The notes beneath the pieces were generated by a model. That model made no database searches. It was given only the letters and a program-made list of their open reading frames with translations, and was not told the DNA's origin. 64,000 nucleotides of DNA from Eledone cirrhosa. Taxonomy: Eukaryota. The translations under genes and the position numbers were made by a program. Numbering within the stretch: position 1 is the first letter of the stretch; every line of letters starts with the position of its first letter. Below are positions 42,007 to 64,000 of this stretch, piece after piece. The stretch is taken from assembly GCA_964016885.1 (NCBI GenBank), contig CAXHJY010000858.1, positions 10,007 through 74,006 on the forward strand. The letters are read 5' to 3'.

Positions 42007-42775
42007 CATAATTATATATATACACACACGACTTGCGGCAGGAATGTTATAATGATAAAAGAAAACGTTACTAATATTTTAAACTACATCATTACATTAT
42101 ATCATATATATATATATACATATATATATATATTCTAAATAATTTCTTCAGAACTTCAATTTTCAGTGTCTTTTGTTCAGTACATGCGTTTCTGAATATA
42201 TATATATATATATATATATATTGTATGTTTAAGCTGGATGGAAATAAGTTATATATTTAATTTTATTTGGATTTCATTTCTACTCTCGTTATTTGTTTAT
42301 ATATGTTGTTGTTGTTAATGTTGATGATGTTTGGTTGTGTGTGAGAATTAATCAAACAGATTTGAGAATCTCCAATGTAGCAGCTTTTTTATTATTTTGA
42401 TTTGTATAATTTTTTTTTTTTCATTACTCGACATATCTTAGCCACAAGACGACGAGAAATTTTTGATATGTAAATTGCATACTGTAAAGCGATTGCTTCT
42501 AATTTGAGTATAATCTCTATAATTTTCACCAGTCTCAACCAAGAAAAGCTTAAGGCCTGCCACACTATCTCACTTCTCACTTTCCAGCTTATCGACGATG
42601 CGACATTTTTTTTTACTTGTATCGATTGTTTCTTTTTTTTTGTATTTTATTGTATTTTGTTATATTTTCTTACTTTCTCTTCATACCTTTACTTTCGATG
42701 TTCTTGGTCACGTTTTTATTTTTGTTCTTCCTGTTTTTCTTCTGCCTTTTAAACAGATGCTGTTCACTATTAGTG

Positions 42776-42826
<51 letters not shown>

Positions 42827-43154
42827 ATTGTAGTAGTTGTAGTAGTAGTAGTAATGCTAGTTGTAATATTGGTTGTATTTGCATTAGTTTCTTTGTTTTT
42901 ACTCTCACACACACACACACATATTTGTATTTATATATATGTATAATATATATACATGTATGTATGTATGTATATTCAAAATATTTTTTTTATATATTTA
43001 TTCAATTAATTTCTTTATTTGTTTGTTTTGATTTTGTTTTTAGTTGTTTGATTGTTTTTACTCTCGCTCAGAAATTCGATCATTTAACTCGTGTCCATTT
43101 ATTGAAATTTAGTGAAGGATAAAACTGAAATAAACACATACACATGTACAACCC

Positions 43155-43185
<31 letters not shown>

Positions 43186-43203
43186 ACTGTCTCTATATAT
43201 GTC

Positions 43204-43235
<32 letters not shown>

Positions 43236-43711
43236 ATCTTAACTGAACTGTAAAAAGAAATAATTTAATGTTGAGCACACAATAAAAAGAAAGACAGAGA
43301 GAGAGAAAGTAAAACCTATAATATTGTAATGGAAGTGAAAAGTAAATAAATAAAAGTGGAGTTTTATATAAATTTAAGTGCAAATCTATGTTTGTTTTGT
43401 GTCTTTCTACGGATATTTTGTTATTTGATGTGAATGTGAGAAGCAATAACGGGTAATTATTGGCCAATTCAACGGAATAAAAAGGAATTCTTAACTGGTA
43501 ATTATGCTCTGTTGCTGTTTCTTTAGTGAGAGGGAAGGAGAGTGAGGTAGAATATAAGGGGGGGGGGGATAGTGTAGTGTATCCTCTTGATATAAGACGG
43601 AGAAGAGGAAAACCAACAGTGATCGTTGTGAAATCTATGTTGCTGATACATTGAGTAATGTAGATTGTAAAAGACGCACTGCTGCTTAAATTGTTCTTAG
43701 AGTTATTGGTA

Positions 43712-43815
43712 ACTCTTGGGGTCGATAGAATAAAGTACCAGCAACACACTGAGGTCAATTTAATTGATTTTCCCTTCCTCAAAAGTTTTGGCATTGTGCC
43801 TAAATCAAAAACCAG
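43712..43815 (+). mobile_element. SINE group A 3' fragment
   Basis: GGGGTCGATAGAATAAAGTACCAG..TTGTGCCTAAATCAAAAAC. Confidence 0.8.
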
Positions 43816-43902
43816 TATTTTTTTCTTTAAATTATGCAAATTAATATTAGACAATACTCTGGCGATATCAGATAATTCCATGACGTAGAATGGTATAACA
43901 TA

Positions 43903-43996
43903 CAGGATGTCCCCGAAAAGTGTATACATACTTCAGTATTCTAATAATTATTGCCTGTACAGGTAATCAAAATGTATACATTTTTCGGGGATAACC

Positions 43997-43998
<2 letters not shown>
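43903..43998. mobile_element. 96-bp Tc1/mariner-type MITE
   Basis: TA-CAGGATGTCCCCGAAAAGTGTATACA ... TGTATACATTTTTCGGGGATAACCTG, 23/26 complementary; followed by TGTG(TA)n. Confidence 0.8.
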
Positions 43999-44042
<44 letters not shown>

Positions 44043-45185
44043 ACCCTTATGTATAGCATTTGAGCAAAAACCTGTTGATAAAGTGACTTCCTTGTTCGGT
44101 CATCTTGCCAGAAGCCTAACATTTTTTATGTAAGCGGACAGTAATTGATTTATGGAGTCGCAGAAACCCAAATACTGGATGATTTTACCATCACTCCAGG
44201 GGTCCGGGTAAATTTTCAATCACATATATTTTTATTGTTTGACCCGAATTACTTGGTCGTTTTTTTTTGGCTGTGCGGATGATTAGTTTAACCACCATCT
44301 CAGTGTGTTTGGCCTTTAACGTATGTTTTAGCTGTATGTTATTTCACATGAGTCTTGGAAAATAGAAGACTGTTTCTAACGTGTTACCAAAGAAACATAT
44401 ATAAATGTCATCTTGTCTAATGGATTGGAATGTAATGGAAAGACGTGAAATAATTGTCGTTATTTAACACCGGATAAGACTTTGTCGAACCGAGAGACTA
44501 TAAAATAAATATTATTGTGAATAACTAATTCAATATAACAATTCATTAATAGGTCTCGTTATGTGATGAAATCCTAACCTTGTTCACGAACTTAACTTAC
44601 ACGTGAGTATAATAAATGTTACAGAACTATATCTAATTAAAGAAAATTAGATGGTTGTTAGAGAAAGTTTATGAAGGCAACGATAGATACATAGATGAAT
44701 ATAATGTTTAATAAAGGTTAGAATGTTAAATAACAATCAAGATGTAGAGCTGGCTATGTTACCACTGTAATTAGTTCTGTCCGAAATATATAAACCTATT
44801 GGAAATATTCTAGTCTAATATCGATTAGATTGGTAAGTTAGTTACAAGTGAGATAGATATGTCAATCTAAGGATAAATGGATTAATACAGTGAAATGGGA
44901 ATATAATTAAGGAATGGTATTTTAATTTAAGTTTGGTTAATTAAAAATAAGAAAGAATAAGAGAAATATGTAATTGTGACTAGTATATATATATTAGATT
45001 AAAGAAGTTAGAAATATGGCAAGTGTGATAATGAAGTAGAGAGAAATAGGAAGAATCCTATAAATTTTACCATAATCCACGTGTAGTTGTCTCCATTATA
45101 TTTAGGGTATTGCGTGCTTTCCGGGGTATACCTTTGTGCCTTCCTACGCTCAAATCTCATTGAGAAGAGTACTCAGCTGAATGGA

Positions 45186-45330
45186 TTTGCAGCATAGTGT
45201 TATGGCCCTTTTCATTATGAATTCAAATCCCGCCGAGGTTAGCTTTGCCTTTCACCCTTACGAGGTCGATAATATTAAGCACCAGTAATGCACTGGGGTC
45301 GGGCTAATTGACTTTCCCCTCCTCTTCAAA
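45186..45330 (+). mobile_element. SINE group A, standard subfamily
   Basis: TTCAAATCCCGCCGAGGTTAGCTTTGCCTTTCACCCTTACGAGGTCGATAA..CACTGGGGTC. Confidence 0.85.
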
Positions 45331-45777
45331 TTGTTTAAAACTGGTCTCTCTCTCCTCTCTCTCTTCTCCCCTCTTCTATCCCCTCTCCTCTCTCTCTTCT
45401 CCCCTCTTCTATCCCCTCTCCTCTCTCTCTTCTCCCCTCTTCTATCCCCTCTCTCTCCTCTCTTTTCTTCTCTCCTCTCCTCTCTCTCTCTCATACATAT
45501 ATATGTAGTGTGATAATATGACATATTCAGAGCGTGGCAGCCTGGCTGTCTGAGAAATATAGAAATACCGGCAGACACAAAGAATGGAAGGAAGGTAAAA
45601 GTGAAGATTCTAGACACGATCAAATTATTTGAATTTAAATGACAATTCGAGGCATAAATATATAATATCCATAGAAAAGCATGAATGTGTGAGTATATAT
45701 ATATGTCTATATTCTATCTCTCTCTCTCACACACACTTTCTGTATATATGTCTGTGTGTGTGTGTACGTATATGAAA

Positions 45778-45862
<85 letters not shown>

Positions 45863-48800
45863 TATGCATAATTTCGCCAACACATATTTATATTGAGAGA
45901 CAAAAGAAAAAAAAAGATCATTGACTGCAGATTGTAGAGTTAAGGTTAATAGTCTGACATATTTAAAACATACGACTGGTCGATCAGACAATATTTAGTG
46001 TACAACCTTTCTGATAGCCCACACCTAAACTCTACGTGGAACAGTGTGTGTCAACGGAGAGGAAGACCTATATATATATATAGAGAGAGAGAGATTTATT
46101 TATTTATATATATATAGAGAGAGAGATTTAGATAGATGGATAGAGATATAGATAGATATTTAAATGTATATGTATATATATATACACATACATATATGTA
46201 TATATATATATATGTACATATATGTTCATGTATATACTTATATGTATATATAGTTACGTATATATATACATACATATATATGTATATATATATGTACATG
46301 TATATGTATATATATATGTACATGTATATGTATATATATATGTACATGTATATATATATATATGTACATACATATATATACATGTAGATACACACACACA
46401 CACATATATATATATACATGTACATATATATAAACATGTACATACACACACATATATATATATACATGTACATATATATAAACATGTACATACACACACA
46501 TATATATATATATATATTACGTGTGTACACATATGTGTGTATGCATTTATTAAAACCATTTCATATCAGATTTTTGTAATATGAAGATATTGTAGATAAA
46601 AACTCCGACAAACAAAATAGGAGACATCTAGTGTGTGGGGTGGGTGAAGGGGTTGAACGGGTTACTTTTTCTTGGAAAAGTACATGCATAGAATTATATT
46701 GTTCAATAAGAAATGCTACATTCTCGATTCATTTACATAAAATGAACGTTATATTTAGAAAGATTTGTTACATGTTTCTGATTTCTAGTTTTCCAATATA
46801 TTTCTAATATTTTTCCTTATATTTTTCTTATATTTATATTTTTTTCTTATTTTTTCTTATTTTAGTTTGGTTTATTTATTATGTTTAGTTCTGTCTAAAA
46901 CGACTGTCTGTAAAGAATCGATTTAACCAAATATATTCCACATTGAAGAATTTATTGTATTCTATATTTTTGCTTTATTATTATTTTTTGTTCCTTTGTT
47001 TGTTTTTGTGTATTTTTTTTGTTGTTTTTTTAAATTTGTTAAAAAAAATAATAAAATATATTTTTTTAAATTATTCAGAATATTGATCTCATTCACGTAT
47101 TTAGAGTTTCCAATGTTATGTTGTTGCTTTAATAATAATAATAATAACGATGATAGTTAAATATCGGAAAGAAGAGATGAAGTTAGAATCTGACATTTGA
47201 AAATGAAGTTTTTTGTTGTTTTTTGTAGTGGCTTTTGTTTTTTGTTGTTTTTTTTTCATTGCAAAATTTTCGCATTGTTGGATTTGAAATGTTAGACGTC
47301 ATAACCCAGGACATATCCCAAATTTAAGACGTCATAACCCAGGACATATCCCAAGTCTTTGGCTTTCCTCTTTGTAATTATTTGTAGAATAACTAATGTT
47401 GTATAAGTTTAAAGTAATAACGAGTTTCTGTGACTCGGTCTGCAGCTACCCCTTTTATATTTTGTGTGTGTGTGGTTTCCACTTTGCGAAGTGTACAAAC
47501 TCGGTGTTAATTCACAGAGACTGTACCATACCGAAATATATTTTCCGTCTCTTTATCGTCTGTTAGCCTCATTACATCATTGAGCCCCCTTGATACCCCT
47601 TATGAAAATGAAAAAGAGATGATCCCGAGTGAATCAACCATATTACATGAATTGAAATTGACTTATGTTCTCCGGTATCATACCAAGCTTGGATGACTTT
47701 ATAATGCATTCTTAATGTCAACTAAACTGTTCCTGTCTAAGTTTATCGTAGACTAAAGTATATAATGTGTCGTTCATTTAATTAATTAATTAAAAAAAAG
47801 ATAAACTGATGAATTCATGGAGGCTGGGCTACTATTCTTGAAAGATGTTACAGCCACATATAGAAACCCTCATTGGCAAATTAAAGTATTGCGCCCTTAG
47901 GATTTAATATCAGAACAGTGAATGAAGAAACGAATTAATGTAAGACAAAGTACTGCCATTTTTCCCTCATTTACATTACATATAAAAAAAAAAAAATATT
48001 ATATGAATATAGAGATAACATTCTCCTACTGTTTTAACATTGACTTTAACTTAGAATCGATATTGTATGACAAAATATGCCGGAGACATCCCTTCCAGCT
48101 CTGTGACGTGTGAATCATATACGAATATCATTCATCTAACTTACCTACACTTATGCTTTTAATTTCACCATTATTGAGAATTGTATGAATGCTTTTGTTA
48201 AATTTTTTTTTTCTTTTGATTTCTAATTAAATTATGATTAAGTTAATGAATCTGTTAATTAGATAGCGCAACATATCACACACGAAATAGAAAATTTTTA
48301 CTTTTATTGACAATATATATATATATATGTGTGTGTGTGTATATATACATTAGATGTTACGTACGCCCTCACATCCACACACACATATATGTGTATATAT
48401 ATATATCGAAATATGTATATATGTATATATATATATATGTATGTATATATATAAATATCGAACACCATTAATCTACTGTTTGTTGGAATTTTTTAATTTA
48501 TTAATTGCTGTAAATTGAAACTGACTTTCATTACATCTCGCCCTATTAACAACAGTTTCTAATTGGATTCGAGATTATATGATCCCTTTAAATTCTATGT
48601 AATTATCTGTTCAGATGATAGATGCGGGTTTAATAATTATAGATAATTACTTTTAATTCATCTCATTGTTATTATTGTTATTAATGTTAGTGTTTATTTA
48701 AGGGCGATAGATGACAAGAAAAAAAACAAAATCGTGGTGGTAGATGACAAAATCGATATGGCGGGGGGAGGGGTTCTACTAAATTCCTTCCAGCATCACT

Positions 48801-48977
48801 TTACATTCTCAGTTTCAAATCCAGAGAGGATTGACAATCCCATTTTATCTTCCATGATAGTCGACACGAGTTACTCGAACACATTGCTTCAGGTCTCCGT
48901 AATTAATTGACTTACTATTATCCCTTCTACTATTAATACAACTATTATCCCTTCTCTTATTACTACTACTACTACTT

Positions 48978-49135
48978 TCTGAGTTCAAATCTCGCCAAGG
49001 TTAGCTTTGCCTTTCATTCTTAGGGGGACCGATAAAATAAAGTACCAGTAATGCACTGAGGTTAATTGAATCTACTTTTCCCTCCCCCACCCATAAAATG
49101 TTAGGCCTTGTGCCTAAATCAGAAACCGTTGTTAT
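48978..49135 (+). mobile_element. SINE group A, standard subfamily, 5'-truncated
   Basis: TCTGAGTTCAAATCTCGCC..GATAAAATAAAGTACCAGTAATGCACTG..GGCCTTGTGCCTAAATCAGAAAC. Confidence 0.85.
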
Positions 49136-49309
49136 TATTATTAAATCTATTATATTATTATTTTACTCTGATCTCTTATGACACGTCAAAGAATTCTCCA
49201 AGATTTCTCCATGTCTGTCACGTGTAACCAGTTTAGATTTTATTCTACACCTGGATATTTATTGACTTGGTTGTCTTCATTCTGATGAACCAAATTCAAA
49301 TATACAATG

Positions 49310-49412
49310 TTACACTGGGATAATTGCTGGCCTTGTGTCAACAGTAGAAACATTTATTAAGTACCAGTAATGTACTGGGATAATTGCTGGCCTTGTGCCA
49401 AAAGTAGAAACA
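49310..49412 (+). mobile_element. Two tandem 3' tails of the short SINE subfamily
   Basis: ACTGGGATAATTGCTGGCCTTGTG(T/C)CAA..GTAGAAACA twice, 60 bp apart. Confidence 0.85.
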
Positions 49413-49575
49413 GTTGTTTGTTTTAAACAAGAACTGACCACTAAAGATATTACTAAACTGAGTAAAATTGTTCTCAAAGAGAAGAGCTGAGAAAAACTAA
49501 TATCATCGAACATGTAGACTTTTCAAATGTAGAAACACACATATCCTCAAACATGTGTATATATATATATACATA

Positions 49576-49618
<43 letters not shown>

Positions 49619-50024
49619 TAATAAATAAAAAGAGAACAAAAAACAGAAAAACGAAGAGGCAGTACAAATGATATTAGTATTAGTTTCACGCTTGAGAGTG
49701 GGGGTGGGAGATCACAGCGTATATTAAAAGATTTAGCATAGATTTTTAATTACAGATGTTGATTTAGAATCCTTCATTGTAAATAACATAATCTCTACAT
49801 AGAAAATAATAAAGGAATACCTTTACGAATTTCAGAGATTCCTCTTCTCATCAGATGATCAGTCCTATACTGTATACAGAGAAATATTACTTTGCCAATG
49901 CTATGTACGTGAAAGAAGATGAGATATAGATGTAAAGTAAGTCTAATTTACATGGTGTGCATACTTTTCTCGACATAATTAATAAAATAGTAAATATGTG
50001 TTAGCATACAGCATAAACCGATAC

Positions 50025-50072
<48 letters not shown>

Positions 50073-51086
50073 GTGCATGTATGTATATATATATATACAT
50101 ACTACTGTACGTCTGTATACATATATGTATGTACGTATACATACATACATACATACTTACATTTAAGTAACTGCCGTACTAAGAGTGAGAAATGAAATTT
50201 CGTTTCATTCTATTCCATGTATATAAGACACTTTAAGGTAAATTTAATTATAATATACATACGTCTTTTAATTAAATGTTGAAAATAATGAATATGTATA
50301 TTTGTATAAATATATGTAAATTTATATATATATATATACATATATATATTTATAAACACACACACACAAATACACATATATATATATATATATACATATG
50401 TATGTGTGTGTGTGTAGTATTATATAAAGGTTCATACACAATAAGTTCCTACGCACATAAATAGTACGTATATTAATTCAAAATCGGGTATATAGGTAAT
50501 TCAATTATAAAATACGATTCAATGCAAGCCAGAAAAACGGATGCAGGAGCCCTCAGTTAAACGCCATGTTGCAATGTTGCTGCTACACATAATTAGTAAT
50601 GTTACCTCTTGTACATAATGACATCATATATGACTGAAGGAATTTACAATGGTAAGCTTTCTACATTCTATATAAATAATGGAACACAGCCAATACAAAT
50701 TTCTATGTTTCAATCATAGTTTTATATATAATATATATATAATGTGAATGTGTATATATAGTGTTTGTGAATGTGTGTGTGTGTATATATATAGAGAGAG
50801 ATAAATAGATATAGTGTGGGGGCGGCTGCTAGACTAGAACCTCATATAGACAGTTGACTTTTTGAAACTTTCTAAATCTCAAACATTTCTACAACTTTTT
50901 CTTTGAATTGTTTCTAGTATTTTCCTTCAAAGATTCATTTTACTGAGAATATAGATCTATTCTCAAGTTTCGAATACAAATTGTCTTATCTTTCGTTTAA
51001 TATCTTATTTGAGAGATTAAAAGAAACCAGTAACGCGACAATTCCTCATATGCATCACTTGTTGTGATAATAAATATTATTATTGT

Positions 51087-51300
51087 TTGGCAGTATCGGT
51101 AGAGGATCGGACGCCATGCTTTGCAGCATAGAGTTATAACCCTTTATTGTCTGAGTTCAAATGCCACCGAGATTAACTTTGCTCTTCATCTTTACGGGAT
51201 CGATAAAATAAAGTACCAGTCACGCACTGGCGTCGATTTAATCGACTTTCCACTACCAAAAAATTGCTGACCTTGTGCCTATATAAGAAACAATTATTAT
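51087..51300 (+). mobile_element. SINE group A, standard subfamily, near full length
   Basis: TTGGCAGTATCGGTAGAGG head through GTCGATTTAATCGACTTTCCC..CCTTGTGCC..GAAACAATTATT. Confidence 0.9.
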
Positions 51301-52334
51301 TCACAAGGAGCTTCATTGTATCGTGTTTACTGTTTGTAAAATATCAGCCCTCTATGCTTTGGGTCGGCATTAATATATATATGTGAGTGTGTATGTTTGT
51401 GTGTGCTTCTGTGTATTTATCCCCTATTATTCTAAATTATATCATTTTGACATACAATAACAAATGTATTTCAAACTCTTCCATTTCAGATTCAAGTTCA
51501 TGGTTTATAAGAAAGACGGTGAAATCAATCCAGAGTAAATTGTCTGAAATTTGGAATACAGAAGAAATATCGATTATTTACAATCTGATTCGAAAACAAT
51601 AAACCTTGCTTCTGAAACGATCGTCAAATAATAAAGTGATGGAGCAATAAACACCGAGTTATTTTCGTCATTATTCAACACAAATACACGCATTTGTATA
51701 TATATATATATTATATATTATATATATAGTATATATATATTATATTATATATTATATATATAGTATATATATATATATTATATATTATATATATAGTATA
51801 TATATATATATTATATATTATATATATATATATTATATATTATATATATAATATATATATATTATATATATAATATATATATATATATATATTATATATA
51901 TAAATATATATATATATAATATATATATATGTATATATGTATGTATATATACATATATACATATACATATATATATATACATATGTATATGTGCATATAT
52001 ATATATGTGCATATATATATGTGTGTGTGTGTATATGTATGTATGTATATATATATGTATGTGTATATGTTTTCTCTTTCTCTTAATTTCGAGTATATTT
52101 TTTTGACCGGCTACCTTCCTGGTGGCAATATATACATATATACATATACATATATATATATATATTATATATATAATATATATATATATAATATATATAT
52201 ATGTATATATGTATGTATATATACATATATACATATATATATATACATATGTATATGTGCATATATATATATGTGCATATATATATGTGTGTGTGTGTAT
52301 ATGTATGTATGTATATATATATGTATGTGTATAT

Positions 52335-52764
52335 GTTTTCTCTTTCTCTTAATTTCGAGTATATTTTTTTGACCGGCTACCTTCCTGGTGGCAAGGTTGT
52401 AAAAGAAAAGAAATTGTCATCCCTTGAATCGCAAGAATGTTTTGCAAATTTTGAAGGTGCCAGCTATCGCAGCCATTTGTAGACTATGAATTAGGGAGCT
52501 GCGCTTTTTGTCCACAAATCCAAGTTCAGTCATACTTTGGTCCAAGCGGGTTGGTATATAACCCGTAGCACCAATAATGATGGGTATGAAGCTAAAGGTG
52601 TATCTTGGATACTGGATTTGTAAACTCCTCATCAATGGTCCGTAGATGTCCTCCTTCTGTATTTTTCTTACAACGTTTACATCAAGTGGGCAGCTGATCT
52701 CCACAACAGAACACGTTTTCAATGTGTGGTCCCAAACTACAAAATCAGGCCGGTTGTGCTTTAA
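52335..52764 (-). mobile_element. 5'-truncated RLE-type non-LTR retrotransposon (R4/Dong-like), 3' end
   Basis: ORF end followed by ~80-bp 3' UTR; both ends abut TA/TG microsatellite. Confidence 0.8.
52417..52764 (-). pseudogene. Partial ORF: restriction-like (PD-(D/E)xK) endonuclease C-terminus
   Basis: [45 protein letters not shown]; uninterrupted for ~115 codons, no start codon. Confidence 0.8.
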
Positions 52765-63150
<10,386 letters not shown>

Positions 63151-64000
63151 CACACACACACTACACACATACACCAGACACACATCACACACACACATTC
63201 GCACACACTCTCCACACTACACACACACACACCACACAGCACACACCACTCCACACACACACACATACCTCATACACACAGACACACACATACACCATAC
63301 ACAGCACATACACACACAGACTCACACACTACACACACACTCCACACACCACACACTCACACACACACACACACACACTCACTACACACACACACAGCAC
63401 ATACACCCACACACACACACAATACACACACACATACACACACCACACACACACACACACACACATACACACACACACACACACACACAGACACACACAC
63501 ACACACACACACTCACACACTATCACACACACACCATACACCACACACACACTACACACACACACACATACACACACCATACACACACATACACACACAC
63601 ACATACCTCACACACACCACACATCACACACCACACACACACATACACACACACATACTCACACACTACCACACACACACATACCACTCACACACACACA
63701 CACTCACACACCACACACAGACACCACACACACACACATAGACACACACACACACACACTCACACACACACACACTCACACACACATACACACACACACA
63801 CACTCACACACAGCACACCCACACACACACTCTCACACACACACACATGACACACACACATACACACACACACACACCATACACACACATACACACACAC
63901 ACTACACACACATCACACACACACATACTCACTACACACTCCTTACACACATACACACACACACACACACTATACACCTACACACCAACACACACACACA
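63151..64000. repeat. Degenerate (CA)n tract
   Basis: CA repeat with frequent indels to the window end; possibly low-quality consensus. Confidence 0.9.

Noticed and set aside
43099-43929. 276-aa ORF
   Set aside because: Reads through a MITE end, an antisense SINE and a TA repeat; no recognisable domain.
50630-50660. ATG|GTAAGC possible splice donor
   Set aside because: No supported acceptor or coding signal.
63151-64000. Telomere-like CA-rich end
   Set aside because: No TTAGGG/CCCTAA units; looks like degenerate or noisy (CA)n.

Overview
AT-rich, repeat-dominated animal genomic DNA with no recognisable intact host gene. The SINE families resemble ones I recall from octopus/cephalopod genomes (recall, not searched). 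The long ORFs in the track are microsatellite translations. Supported content: (i) two tRNA-derived SINE groups (about 20 copies, two with clear 16-18 bp TSDs); (ii) LINE 3' fragments: a restriction-like endonuclease (RLE) C-terminus of R4/Dong-like type at 52417-52764, an RTE-like double zinc finger, and a Vingi/Ingi-like zinc knuckle; (iii) Tc1/mariner- and Tigger-type MITEs; (iv) many mini- and microsatellites, including a ~10.4 kb TA-rich array with a hidden ~4.07 kb duplication. Most notable: short (TA)n-embedded islands that form inverted repeats or palindromes and carry decayed hammerhead-ribozyme cores (Penelope-like footprints); an HDV-like ribozyme fold at the 5' end of a ~600 bp island (13279-13348, minus strand); and a ~24-unit satellite built from the terminal inverted repeat of a MITE whose short two-ended form sits at 43903-43998. 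All ribozyme calls are by eye and every copy is degenerate.
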